From positions 1-64,000 of the forward strand of contig JBCBZT010000003.1 of NCBI GenBank assembly GCA_039815185.1: a DNA stretch of 64,000 bases, given 5' to 3'. The notes under the pieces are model-generated. The model was not told where the DNA came from. It saw only the letters and a list, made by a program, of their open reading frames with translations, and searched no databases. The stretch comes from Cyanobacteria bacterium P01_A01_bin.123. GTDB taxonomy: Bacteria > Cyanobacteriota > Cyanobacteriia > Phormidesmidales > Phormidesmidaceae. Both the position numbers and the translations under genes were made by a program. Below, piece after piece: positions 42,699-52,344 of this stretch (position 1 is the stretch's first letter; each line of letters begins with the position of its first letter).

Positions 42699-43004
42699 TT
42701 AGGTCAACACTGCCTGCAATCGACTGCGAAATTCGCCTTTGGGATGACCGCCTTTGACTTCGCCCAGAATTTTGAAGTCTGCCTCTGGGTTTTCGCAGAC
42801 CAAATAGGTGGGCCAGCCCATGTCTGCTTTGTCGGGGTATTGAGCTAGCAAGATTTTGCGATACTTGCGATAAGTGGCCGTGTCTTGCATCTTGACATCA
42901 ACAAAGTCTAGCCCCAATTCTTGGGCTATTTTTTGGTCGTAGAAAGCCATCTTGTGGCAAATTCCGCAGTCTTCAGAGGAAAATTTAATTACGGTTCGAG
43001 TCAT
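42699..43004 (-). CDS. Small thioredoxin-fold protein
   Basis: KFSSEDCGICHKM, GWPTY. Confidence 0.8.
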   Translation of the reverse strand: MTRTVIKFSSEDCGICHKMAFYDQKIAQELGLDFVDVKMQDTATYRKYRKILLAQYPDKADMGWPTYLVCENPEADFKILGEVKGGHPKGEFRSRLQAVLT

Positions 43005-43052
43005 GGCGCTGGGGAAGTAAGGGGCTCTAAAGCCAGTTTAGCGAGCCGCGTT

Positions 43053-45356
43053 TTATTCCATGACCAACTTTTGCAACATTGGCAACGCCGGACAGGGAGG
43101 CATGTCTTGTAAATTGTCGGGTTTTTGCCAGCTAAAGGGGGCTTGGGTCGCTGCCGCCATCCACAACAGGCGTTTGGCACGGGTCATGGCCACATAAAGC
43201 AGGCGATATTCTTCTGCTTCTTTGAGATAGGCAGCTTGTTGCCAAGCCTCGATTACGGTAGGGATGGGTGCTTGTTTTTGCTCAGCGTGGGTGTGGGCAC
43301 GGATTTGGGCGCGGGCCACTTCTGCCAGGGTAAAGTCGCCGAGAAAAGCCCCTTGGGGAGGCACCCAGAGGTTTCCAGGGATGGTACGGCTTTGCAAAAA
43401 CGGTAGAAACACGACGTCCCAATCCAGCCCTTTGGCTTTGTGCATGGTCAAGATCGTCAGCTGACCTTTGCGGGTGTAGATGGCTTCTGCATCTTCGGTG
43501 TCGATGCCTTCAAATCGTTCTGAACTCGCGATTTCGCTCAAGATCTGAATCATGGTGCTGAGGCGGCTGTCTTCTGCGGTCTGTTGGGCCACCCGAGCGG
43601 CGAGCTTATCGGCAGTGGCCAGTTCGCTTTGGTTGTAGTGCAGCGTTAGGGCCAAAAACGGCATCAGATGATAGGGTGGCAGGGCCAGACGAGCCCTGAG
43701 AATCTTGCAGCAGAATGCTTGGGCTTGGCGGGCGGGTTCAGTGGTCGGCAGATCGTCAAGGGGGCCGGGGTAGAGAAAGGTTTCGGGTTGTATGACTAGG
43801 GTATTGAGATCTTGGCTGGGGATGCGTTGGCGATCGACCAAAACCTTGAGTGCTGCTTTGAGATAGTCGGGGGAGTGGGGTCGCTCGATGAATTGCAGCA
43901 GCGTCAGCATCTCTGTGGGGATGTGGGACTGGCGATCGCGATCGCCCACATCAAACAGTCTGATCCCCATTTTTTCTAAATCCACCCCAGCCCGATCTGG
44001 ATCTTGCAGCAACCGACTGATGAAGCGGCCCTGGCGATTTTCGCGCACCAATATAGCAGCACTAGTGTCAGGGCGCTGCTGCAAAATAGTTTGCAGTCGC
44101 TGGGCGATTAGCTGTCCGGTGTGATGAATATCGGGGGGGATCACAACTTCTAATCCTTGCCCTAAAGCTGGCGGATTGGCATTGGGCTGGGGATCCTGGG
44201 GGCCAACGGCGGTAATGGCCTGGGGGCGAAAGGGTTTTTCTACCTGGGCCGCATAGGTTTGGTTGACCCAGTCCAGCACCGTATTGGCTGCCGTCATAAT
44301 GATTGCCGTGCTGCGCCCAGCTTGATCGATAGTGGCCAGCCGCTGCTGTTGCCGACAGGCTTCACAAAACTGATTGAAAAACACCGGATCGGCGGGGGTA
44401 AAGGTGGAGTTAATTGCCTGGTTGGGGTCTCCCACCCGCACTAGGTTGGGCGTCTGTTCTGGGCGATCGGGATCGCGGGCCAAAATGTCGAGCAGTTGGG
44501 TTTGCAGAGGTGAGGAGTCCTGGGCTTCGTCTTCAAAGATGGCAAAGACACGCGACTGCCAAAAGTGCCGGGTAGTGTCGTCCTGCAATGTTCTCAACGA
44601 CGCTAGCACCATGTCGTCATAATCAATCAAGTCTCGACGGGCCAGCAGCGTCTGGTAGCGTTCGTAGAGCCCCGCCGCGATCGCGATCACGTCATAGTCT
44701 TCTACGCCATCGGGCAACCCTTGGGCCAGATTTTCTGCCAGGTGAGCTAAATCCTGGGGTAGCAGCCCCGAGCTTTTGGCTTCATGGATAACGGTATGGG
44801 CCAGAGCGGGCAAAATTTCAGTCCGCAGTACTGACTGCCGCCGTAGGCGTTCTGCCTCTTCGCCATCAAACTGTGCCCCAGCGATCAGGCGTTGATAGCG
44901 TTTGGGATCAGCGGCAATCCACTGTTCTACACTGGCTCGAATCAGGCGATTGCCCTGGGTAGGCGACACCAAAGTCAGCGTCTCCAGATTAAGCCCAGAT
45001 AGTTCTGGGTTACGGCTGGCCACATTCAACGCCAGCCCGTGCAGAGTGGAGACCCAAAAGCTATTTTGCGGCAGTCCTAGCTCCTTCAAGTGATAACGAA
45101 CTTTGGCTTTGAGGTTGGCGGCGGCTGAACGCGTAAAGGTGACCAATACCAGTTGACGGCGGGCGTGGAGTTGGTGCTGGGCAATCGCGATCGCGGCGGC
45201 GGCAGCCATTCCCGTCGATTTACCCGAACCCGGCACTGCCGATACGGCCAAAGCTCCCCCCTGCCAATCAGCCAACCGCTGCTGTCCCGATCGCAGGCGA
45301 TCGCGTAGCGCCGTCAGTGGTGGAGTCAGGATTGCCATGGTGGGTGGGGTTGCCAT
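43053..45356 (-). CDS. UvrD/REP family ATP-dependent helicase
   Basis: AVPGSGKS, VTFTRSAA, EDEAQD, VGDPNQAI, TMHKAKGLDW, RLLYVAMTRAK. Confidence 0.92.
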   Translation of the reverse strand: MATPPTMAILTPPLTALRDRLRSGQQRLADWQGGALAVSAVPGSGKSTGMAAAAAIAIAQHQLHARRQLVLVTFTRSAAANLKAKVRYHLKELGLPQNSFWVSTLHGLALNVASRNPELSGLNLETLTLVSPTQGNRLIRASVEQWIAADPKRYQRLIAGAQFDGEEAERLRRQSVLRTEILPALAHTVIHEAKSSGLLPQDLAHLAENLAQGLPDGVEDYDVIAIAAGLYERYQTLLARRDLIDYDDMVLASLRTLQDDTTRHFWQSRVFAIFEDEAQDSSPLQTQLLDILARDPDRPEQTPNLVRVGDPNQAINSTFTPADPVFFNQFCEACRQQQRLATIDQAGRSTAIIMTAANTVLDWVNQTYAAQVEKPFRPQAITAVGPQDPQPNANPPALGQGLEVVIPPDIHHTGQLIAQRLQTILQQRPDTSAAILVRENRQGRFISRLLQDPDRAGVDLEKMGIRLFDVGDRDRQSHIPTEMLTLLQFIERPHSPDYLKAALKVLVDRQRIPSQDLNTLVIQPETFLYPGPLDDLPTTEPARQAQAFCCKILRARLALPPYHLMPFLALTLHYNQSELATADKLAARVAQQTAEDSRLSTMIQILSEIASSERFEGIDTEDAEAIYTRKGQLTILTMHKAKGLDWDVVFLPFLQSRTIPGNLWVPPQGAFLGDFTLAEVARAQIRAHTHAEQKQAPIPTVIEAWQQAAYLKEAEEYRLLYVAMTRAKRLLWMAAATQAPFSWQKPDNLQDMPPCPALPMLQKLVME

Positions 45357-45622
45357 TGGCTTTATGGTAGCTGGATTCTAAGTTCCGACTCCTGCATTCT
45401 GATTTCTGAATTCCGTCCCTGAAATAACCTACTCCCTTTAGCTCATCACCCCTGAATCATCCGAAGCCTGAAAAAATCGTGATCAGTTAACGGTTTATGG
45501 TCGCCGACCCAGTTACGATTAACCATGACAAAATAAAACTTAAGACTCAATCACGACTGGTTCGCCAGCGCGACTTATCCCTCCTTGGGCTTGACTCAAT
45601 GCATAAGGCTAGATTTGTTTAG

Positions 45623-45714
45623 GACACCGCAGCCGATTAAAGCCTTGATATAGGGGCGTACAAGCTTGCGCCCTGACCGGGGAAGACTATGGATCTGGAT
45701 GTGGACGGGGTTTA
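45623..45714 (-). repeat. Dispersed MITE/REP-like element, copy C
   Basis: Minus strand taaaccccgtccacatccagatccatagt...cagggcgcaagcttgtacgcccct...aatcggctgcggt. Confidence 0.7.
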
Positions 45715-45735
45715 AAATTGATTTAAGACAGGAGT

Positions 45736-46830
45736 GTGGGCGTGCCCAAATTAGCAAAACATTTACTCATCGGCTCTACTGAATCCTACAGTGGCAAATC
45801 GGCCGTTATTTTAGGTATCGCCTTTCAACTGCAAGCGAGGGGGGTACCAATTGCTTACGGTAAACCCTTAGGAACCTGTCTAAGTGAACATCCAGAAGAT
45901 GCGGTGGACGAAGATGTCCGCTTTTTGGCGAGCACGTTAGACTTACCCGCTGATCGCATCCGCAATACCTTGGTGACCCTAGCCCCGGCTATGGTTCAAA
46001 GTCAGTTGGCCCAAGGGGGTGACTTTGACTCCAATGGTTCCTTGACGCAGTATCTGGAACCGGTTCCTGGTGCCGATTTAACTCTGCTAGAAGGGCCTGG
46101 CACCCTAGAAGAAGGGACGTTATTTAACCTATCTCTGCCCCAACTTGCTAATTTCCTGGATGCGCCAGTGGTATTGGTTGCTCGTTATCATAGCCCTCTG
46201 ATTGTAGATAGTTTGGTGTCGGCAAAGCAGCGATTGGGCGATCGCCTGTTGGGTGTTGTGATCAATGACGCGCCTGAAATCTCCGCTGATGAAATCGCAT
46301 CGATGGTTACCCCTTACCTGGCGAAACACCAAATTCCGGTGCTGGGCGTGTTGCCCCAAACGCCACTGATGCGCAGTATTAGCGTGGGCGAACTGGTAGG
46401 GCGATTAAAAGCTGAGGTGTTGTGTTGCGAAGATCGGCTTGACCTGATGGTTGAAAGTTTGACCATTGGGGCGATGAACGTCAACTCTGCCCTGAAGTAT
46501 TTTCGCAAAGCGACCAACATGGCGGTGGTCACTGGGGGCGATCGCACTGACATTCAGCTCGCCGCATTGGAAACCTCGACCCAGTGCTTAATTCTCACGG
46601 GGCATTTGCCCCCTTCGCCCCAGGTGTTGAGTCGGGCGGCTGATCTAGAAATCCCCATGCTGTCGGTTGATCTCGACACGCTGACCACGGTTGAAATTAT
46701 TGATCAAACCTTTGGTCAGGTGCGGTTCCATGAACCGGTTAAGGTTGAGTGTCTGCGTCATTTAATGGATACTCACTTTGATGTCACGGGTCTGATGGGG
46801 CAGTTGGGCTTGTCCCCTGTGAGTGCCTAG
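45736..46830 (+). CDS. Phosphotransacetylase N-terminal-like (BioD/DRTGG) protein
   Basis: SYSGKS, YGKPLG, IGAM, VTGGDRTDIQLAAL. Confidence 0.88.
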   Translation: MGVPKLAKHLLIGSTESYSGKSAVILGIAFQLQARGVPIAYGKPLGTCLSEHPEDAVDEDVRFLASTLDLPADRIRNTLVTLAPAMVQSQLAQGGDFDSNGSLTQYLEPVPGADLTLLEGPGTLEEGTLFNLSLPQLANFLDAPVVLVARYHSPLIVDSLVSAKQRLGDRLLGVVINDAPEISADEIASMVTPYLAKHQIPVLGVLPQTPLMRSISVGELVGRLKAEVLCCEDRLDLMVESLTIGAMNVNSALKYFRKATNMAVVTGGDRTDIQLAALETSTQCLILTGHLPPSPQVLSRAADLEIPMLSVDLDTLTTVEIIDQTFGQVRFHEPVKVECLRHLMDTHFDVTGLMGQLGLSPVSA

Positions 46831-46896
46831 CTGTGCGTTGTCATTAGGTCTGATACAATGGGCGCGTTCGTCTTAGTCCATAGTGTGTAGCATCTT

Positions 46897-47412
46897 TTGA
46901 GCCAACCTATCGAAGCCTCGGTTGATTCCCCTAAAGTTGATGTCTTTATGCAAGAGCTAGCTGCGCTTCAGCAGTCTGGTTCTAAGCGGATCGCGATTTT
47001 AGGATCTCGTCACGTACCCATTACCCATCAGCGATTGATTGAGCTGCTGACCTATGCCCTAGCGCTGGGGGGCAACCGCATCTTAACGTCAGGGGCAACG
47101 GGGACGAATTCAGCAGCCATTCGGGGGGCGATGAAGGCCGACCCCAGCTTGCTGACGGTGATCTTGCCCCAGAGTTTGTCTCGCCAACCCCGAGAATCGC
47201 GGGATCAGTTAGAGCAGGTGATGCATTTAGTGGAAAATGCCCACAATGACAGCTTATCTTTGGCGGAAGCCAGCGCGATTTGCAACCAAGAGATTATCTC
47301 TCGCTGTCAGCAGTTAATTTGCTTCGCGTTTCACGATAGCAATACGCTGCTGAAAACCTGCGAAGATGCAGAAGACCAGCGAAAATTAGTCACGCGCTTT
47401 TATTTTGATTAA
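46897..47412 (+). CDS. DprA/Smf-like (SLOG-fold) protein
   Basis: RIAILGSRH, TSGATGTNSAAIRGA, AFHDS. Confidence 0.8.
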   Translation: MSQPIEASVDSPKVDVFMQELAALQQSGSKRIAILGSRHVPITHQRLIELLTYALALGGNRILTSGATGTNSAAIRGAMKADPSLLTVILPQSLSRQPRESRDQLEQVMHLVENAHNDSLSLAEASAICNQEIISRCQQLICFAFHDSNTLLKTCEDAEDQRKLVTRFYFD

Positions 47413-47420
47413 TTTTAGGT

Positions 47421-47855
47421 ATGGCATTTATTAACCAGTTTGTCAGCGAACAATCTGTGCCAGGGCTTTTTTTAGTGGCGATCGCGATCGCAGCTATTTT
47501 GGTCTATGTGCCCTTTGGGGTGGTTGGGTATGGGCGGCTGGTGGTGGGTTATGACAGCACCCAGCCCCGAGCTCTGTTCGACAAGCTGCCTCCCTATGCT
47601 CAACGAGCAACCTGGGCGCACGAAAATGGATTTGAGTCGTTAGCGTTTTTTGCGCCAGCAGCGTTGATGGCTTATGTAACCGGGCAAAGTTCAACGGTGG
47701 CGTTGGGGGCTGCGATCGCCTATTTGATCGCCCGCTTGCTGTATCCCCTGTTTTATATTTTGAATATTCCAACGCTGCGATCGCTGATGTTTGGTGTTGC
47801 TAATATCGGGGTATTCACGTTGTTTTTCTTGAGCTGTCGTACCGCGTTGTTTTAG
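47421..47855 (+). CDS. MAPEG family membrane protein
   Basis: QRATWAHENGFES, ARLLY..FY..NIP.LRSL. Confidence 0.88.
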   Translation: MAFINQFVSEQSVPGLFLVAIAIAAILVYVPFGVVGYGRLVVGYDSTQPRALFDKLPPYAQRATWAHENGFESLAFFAPAALMAYVTGQSSTVALGAAIAYLIARLLYPLFYILNIPTLRSLMFGVANIGVFTLFFLSCRTALF

Positions 47856-47874
47856 CGCATTTTGGGGTTGACCT

Positions 47875-48366
47875 ATGGCTTCTTCCTATTCTTTTGACGT
47901 TGTTAGTGACTTTGATCGACAGGAGTTGGTGAATACTCTCGATCAAGTACGGCGAGAAATTATTAGCCGCTACGATCTCAAAGACACGAAAACCGAGGTG
48001 GAATTGGGTGAAGATGTGATCACCATTGAAACCAACAGTGAGATGACACTGCAGGCGGTACATACGGTGTTGCAAACGAAAGCGGCAAAACGAAATTTGT
48101 CGTTGAAGATCTTTGACTTTGGCAAAATCGAATCGGCCAGCGGCACTCGCGTGCGTCAGGAAGTCAAATTGCAGAAGGGCATTAGCCAGGATATCTCTAA
48201 GAAAATCACCAAGCTGATTCGCGACAATCTGAAGAAGGTGCAAGCTTCGATTCAGGGAGATGCGGTGCGGGTTTCGAGCAAATCGAAAGATGATCTGCAA
48301 GTTGCGATGCAGGTGATTAAGCAGGAGGAATGGCCTGTGGCGATTCAGTTTACGAATTATCGTTAG
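47875..48366 (+). CDS. yajQ: YajQ family cyclic di-GMP-binding protein
   Basis: [25 protein letters not shown]. Confidence 0.95.
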   Translation: MASSYSFDVVSDFDRQELVNTLDQVRREIISRYDLKDTKTEVELGEDVITIETNSEMTLQAVHTVLQTKAAKRNLSLKIFDFGKIESASGTRVRQEVKLQKGISQDISKKITKLIRDNLKKVQASIQGDAVRVSSKSKDDLQVAMQVIKQEEWPVAIQFTNYR

Positions 48367-48773
48367 GGTAGATCTAGGCTATAAACGAGCAGTAATGCGA
48401 AACAACTGGTGTATGTGGCGGCGCTTTTGAGCTTGTGATCGTTGAGCAGACTGCTTTTAATGGCTACGACGCGGGGATAGAAGCTATGTTGAAAGTGTTT
48501 CCATCGAGCATCGCGATTTGTTCCCAGTGGGTAACAAGCAGAGGCATTCGCGCGCGTTAATCACTAAAGGAATATCAAACTGAAACAAAAGCATCTAAAG
48601 TCGCTAGGAGAATTACTTTGTTTGCGAGCCAAGGTGCTCCCACAGTCAAGTCTTATCAAAAGCCCACTCTACAAATTCCTCAATTAAAACTACCGAACTA
48701 ACGGTCACCTAATGATCTGATGGCTATGGAGTAGCTCGCTCTAAACAAATTCCTAACAAGAACGCTTGAAATC

Positions 48774-49067
48774 ATGAAAACACTTGAGGAAATCAAACAA
48801 TGGTTTGTACAGCATAAATCAGTATTGCAAGAAAACTACAAAGTCAGAGAGCTAGGAATTTTTGGTTCGTACATTCGACAAGAACAGACAGAAACGAGTG
48901 ATATTGACGTGCTGGTAGAATTTTCCGAAACACCAAGCTTGTTGAAGTTTGTCAATTTAGAGAACTATCTCAGCGACAACTTAAGCGTCAAGGTCGATCT
49001 CGTGCATAAAAGTGGTTTAAAACCCCGCATAGGTGAACGGATCTTGTCAGAGGTTGTCTATTTGTGA
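48774..49067 (+). CDS. Minimal nucleotidyltransferase (MNT) antitoxin
   Basis: [26 protein letters not shown]. Confidence 0.92.
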   Translation: MKTLEEIKQWFVQHKSVLQENYKVRELGIFGSYIRQEQTETSDIDVLVEFSETPSLLKFVNLENYLSDNLSVKVDLVHKSGLKPRIGERILSEVVYL

Positions 49068-49411
49068 CTAAAAGAAATTCAGAAGATTATTTGAAAGATA
49101 TTTTGGATGCCATTGCTGCCATTGAGAAATTTACGGCAGATGTTGAATTTGGAGCGTTCTCACAGAACCTAGAGAAAGTTTTCGCAGTTTCCAAAGCGAT
49201 TGAGATTATTGGTGAAGCCGTTAAGCGAATACCAGATTCTGTCAGAGGCCAATATCCTGATATTCCTTGGCGAGATATTGCTGGTATGCGGGATAAACTG
49301 ATTCACGATTATTTCAACGCAGATGTAGCCATTATCTGGCAAGCGGTTCAAGAAGATATTCCACAATTACGAGTTATGGTCACTAGGGTTCTGGAAGATT
49401 TGAAACACTAG
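49064..49411 (+). CDS. HEPN/DUF86 ribonuclease toxin
   Basis: [23 protein letters not shown] (RxxxxH-x-Y); GTGA overlap with the MNT gene. Confidence 0.92.
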   Translation: MTKRNSEDYLKDILDAIAAIEKFTADVEFGAFSQNLEKVFAVSKAIEIIGEAVKRIPDSVRGQYPDIPWRDIAGMRDKLIHDYFNADVAIIWQAVQEDIPQLRVMVTRVLEDLKH

Positions 49412-52344
49412 GCCATCTGTCGGGCAATCAACTTAGCAAACAATCCCGGCTCCGCCGCTAGCGTCTCAAAATTGCCCTGCTGCACCACATGCCCATTCTC
49501 CAACACATAAATCCGATCGGCATTGCGAATCGTGCTGAGCCGATGGGCTACTACTAAGCGGGTGACCTGCAATTCATCTAAACTCTTGCTGACAATTGCT
49601 TGGGTGCGATTATCCAAGGCGCTGGTGGCTTCGTCTAGCAGCAAGATTCGGGGTTTTAGCGCCAACGCGCGGGCAATAATCAATCGCTGCCGTTGCCCCC
49701 CCGACAAGTTGCCGCCGCCTTCACTAATCACCGTGTGCAGCTTCATCGGCATGGCCTTCAGGTCATCGGCCAATCCCGAGCGCTCCGCTGCAATCCAGGC
49801 GTCTTCTAAAGAAATTAACGCCCCGCCCGCGATGTTTTCAAAGATTGACCCGGCGCTGATGCGACCATTTTGTAGCACGACGCCCAACTGCCGCCGCACT
49901 GCCGACACATCCAAACCCGCTAAATCTTGCCCATCAAAGTAGACTGACCCGGTGATCGGCGTTTCAAACCCCAACAACAATCGAAAAACGGTGGATTTGC
50001 CTGAGCCAGAGGGGCCGACTAGGGCAATGAATTCTCCGGGTTTGGCTTCAATCGAGACCTGATTCAGAATCAATGGACCATCGTCACGGTAGCGAAAACT
50101 CACTTGTTCGACTTTGATATGACCGGTTAGCCGTCCTGGGTCAGCTTTGTCTCGGGTGACTTCAGGCTCTGCAATGAGAATGGGCCGCGATCGCTGCCAC
50201 AGGGGGATCACATCCAGCACTTCTAGCAGGGTGAGGCTGAGGCTAGTAGCCCCCCCGATGAACGTGCCGTAGGCCACGCTAAAGGCGATAAACATGCCTG
50301 CAGTAAAGCCAGAATTGCCATCGCCAATTAACGTACTGGCTAACCAAAATAAAGCCACCGTCGTCAGGGTTGGCATCAGTGTGTTGAACACGCTGACGCC
50401 GTCTTCTAACCGCTGGGTACTGCGCACTAAGCGCAACTGTTGGCTATACTTGTGTCCCCAGTGCGCAAAGGCGCGGGTTTCGGCCCCGGCGACGCGCAGC
50501 TTGGGCACCCCGTTGATTAACTGCACCAGCAACCCGTTGATTTCGCCTTCAAGCTGCATCAGGGGACGGTGCGTGCGAATTAACAAGACCCCGGTCACGG
50601 TAGTCACGGTAATGACAATCAGGGCGACGATCAGCGCCAACACTGCCAAAGATGCACTGTAATAAAACAGCAGACCCAAGTTCAGTAGAGAAAACAGCCC
50701 TACAAATATTGATTGCAGGGTATTGCCGCTCAGCCTGCGGCGAATGGCGCTAATCGCCGACACCCGCGAGTTCAAATCGCCAATGGAGTAGTCTCGGAAA
50801 AAGGCCGTGCGGAGTTGCAGCAATCGGTCCCACACTGCCGCCTGTAGGGTGGCGTCAGAGGCCGTTTCAATGCGCATGGAGGCGATCGCTTGGGCGAGCT
50901 GAAACGCGGTTTGACCAAAGGCTGCGGCCAACAAGCCAATGCCAATTTGCACCAGCAGACTGGCGTTGCCGTAGGGTACGGCTTCATCGATTAGCACTGC
51001 TGTGGCCTGGGGCACCACCATGCCCATGACTGTTGCCGCCACCCCGGTCGCCAGAATGGCGAGCATGTCCTTTTGCCGACCGCGAAAGGCAAACCCCAGT
51101 AGCGTCAAAACGTTCAGTTTGCCGGGGGGGAGCGGCGGATAGAACACGAAGGCGAGGGGATCGAGGGTCTGAGCGATGGCCAGATCGATAGGTACGCGAG
51201 GGGGGCGATCGCCGTTGTTGCCGACCGCTTTGGGATCAAACAGCTCATAGGCCTTAGCACTGACGGGTAACAGGGCTACCGGATGGCGATCGCCCCGGGT
51301 ATAGGCTAAAATTGGCCCCCCGTCTTGGGTCCACCACTGGCCCCGCAGCAGTACGCGTCGCAGCCGCAGTTGAGAGGCCCGCGCGATCGCTTCCAAAGGC
51401 TCTTTCAAGCGTTCTAAGTTTTCAGACCGGGCCGGGGGTTCGATGGTGACCCCCATAGCTCGACCCACAGCCCCTGCCGCCATCAACAATGGCCCATCTT
51501 CGGCGCGAAATGGCAAGTCATCGGCCTGTAAGACTGCGGCCAAATCCTGCACTGTAGTTTGGGTGGCTTGCTGATCTAGCTCCTGTCTGGCCTCAAACCG
51601 TCGCCGCTCTACCTCAGTGGCTTTGGCTTCGAGTTGGATCAGCTGCTGCAAGAAATACCGATGGAACTGGGCCACCCCTTTGATCAAAATTTTGCGGTTT
51701 TTGACCTCAAAGGTATTGCGGGCGTAAAACTCAATGTCGTCTTCGGCTTGAAAAAAGGCGCGATCGCCCACTGGAAAACACCCCAACTCCGACGTCATCG
51801 AAAACTGGGCATCTCCCATCCACTGTGCCTGACCCTGCTGCATCCGAATCCACAGCACTTGGTGATGATCGGGACGACAGCTTTGTCCCGGTAGCAGCGA
51901 CAAATAGTGGATGTCTGGTACAATCGCATCCGTTTTCACCGCTTTGGGAAACTGTGGCCAGCCCTCGACCTGATTGAACCGCTGCAGCCAATCATCAACG
52001 AGTTGCTTCAGGGTATTGAGATCAGGGTCAGCCCCCTCTTCTAACGAAAGCGGACGATAAACAATCTCCGTTGGTTCTAGCGGCACCGCCATCAATCCGC
52101 CAAACGCTGCCTTTGAACCAGATGGCTGGCACTGTTCTTCCACGCCGAATAAGGCGTCACCCGTGTCAACCGTGAACAAATACCGCCGCGCTCCAACGGG
52201 TTGACCGTCTGCCATCGGTGTTGCAAAGACCGCCAGTGACCCTGAGACAATCTGCCACATGGCCTGGGGATGATTCAGTACCAATGGCTGGTGGGCCTGG
52301 ATTTTGAACTGTTGGATGGTTTCGGTGGCTAGGGATGGGGTCAT
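49408..52344 (-). CDS. NHLP bacteriocin-system ABC transporter permease/ATPase subunit
   Basis: [49 protein letters not shown]. Confidence 0.93.
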   Translation of the reverse strand: MTPSLATETIQQFKIQAHQPLVLNHPQAMWQIVSGSLAVFATPMADGQPVGARRYLFTVDTGDALFGVEEQCQPSGSKAAFGGLMAVPLEPTEIVYRPLSLEEGADPDLNTLKQLVDDWLQRFNQVEGWPQFPKAVKTDAIVPDIHYLSLLPGQSCRPDHHQVLWIRMQQGQAQWMGDAQFSMTSELGCFPVGDRAFFQAEDDIEFYARNTFEVKNRKILIKGVAQFHRYFLQQLIQLEAKATEVERRRFEARQELDQQATQTTVQDLAAVLQADDLPFRAEDGPLLMAAGAVGRAMGVTIEPPARSENLERLKEPLEAIARASQLRLRRVLLRGQWWTQDGGPILAYTRGDRHPVALLPVSAKAYELFDPKAVGNNGDRPPRVPIDLAIAQTLDPLAFVFYPPLPPGKLNVLTLLGFAFRGRQKDMLAILATGVAATVMGMVVPQATAVLIDEAVPYGNASLLVQIGIGLLAAAFGQTAFQLAQAIASMRIETASDATLQAAVWDRLLQLRTAFFRDYSIGDLNSRVSAISAIRRRLSGNTLQSIFVGLFSLLNLGLLFYYSASLAVLALIVALIVITVTTVTGVLLIRTHRPLMQLEGEINGLLVQLINGVPKLRVAGAETRAFAHWGHKYSQQLRLVRSTQRLEDGVSVFNTLMPTLTTVALFWLASTLIGDGNSGFTAGMFIAFSVAYGTFIGGATSLSLTLLEVLDVIPLWQRSRPILIAEPEVTRDKADPGRLTGHIKVEQVSFRYRDDGPLILNQVSIEAKPGEFIALVGPSGSGKSTVFRLLLGFETPITGSVYFDGQDLAGLDVSAVRRQLGVVLQNGRISAGSIFENIAGGALISLEDAWIAAERSGLADDLKAMPMKLHTVISEGGGNLSGGQRQRLIIARALALKPRILLLDEATSALDNRTQAIVSKSLDELQVTRLVVAHRLSTIRNADRIYVLENGHVVQQGNFETLAAEPGLFAKLIARQMA

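Noticed and set aside
48750..48772. cctaacaagaacgcttgaa resembling the start of an integron attC site
   Set aside because: No matching GTTRRRY end or pairing arm, and no integrase; it sits directly before the MNT start codon.
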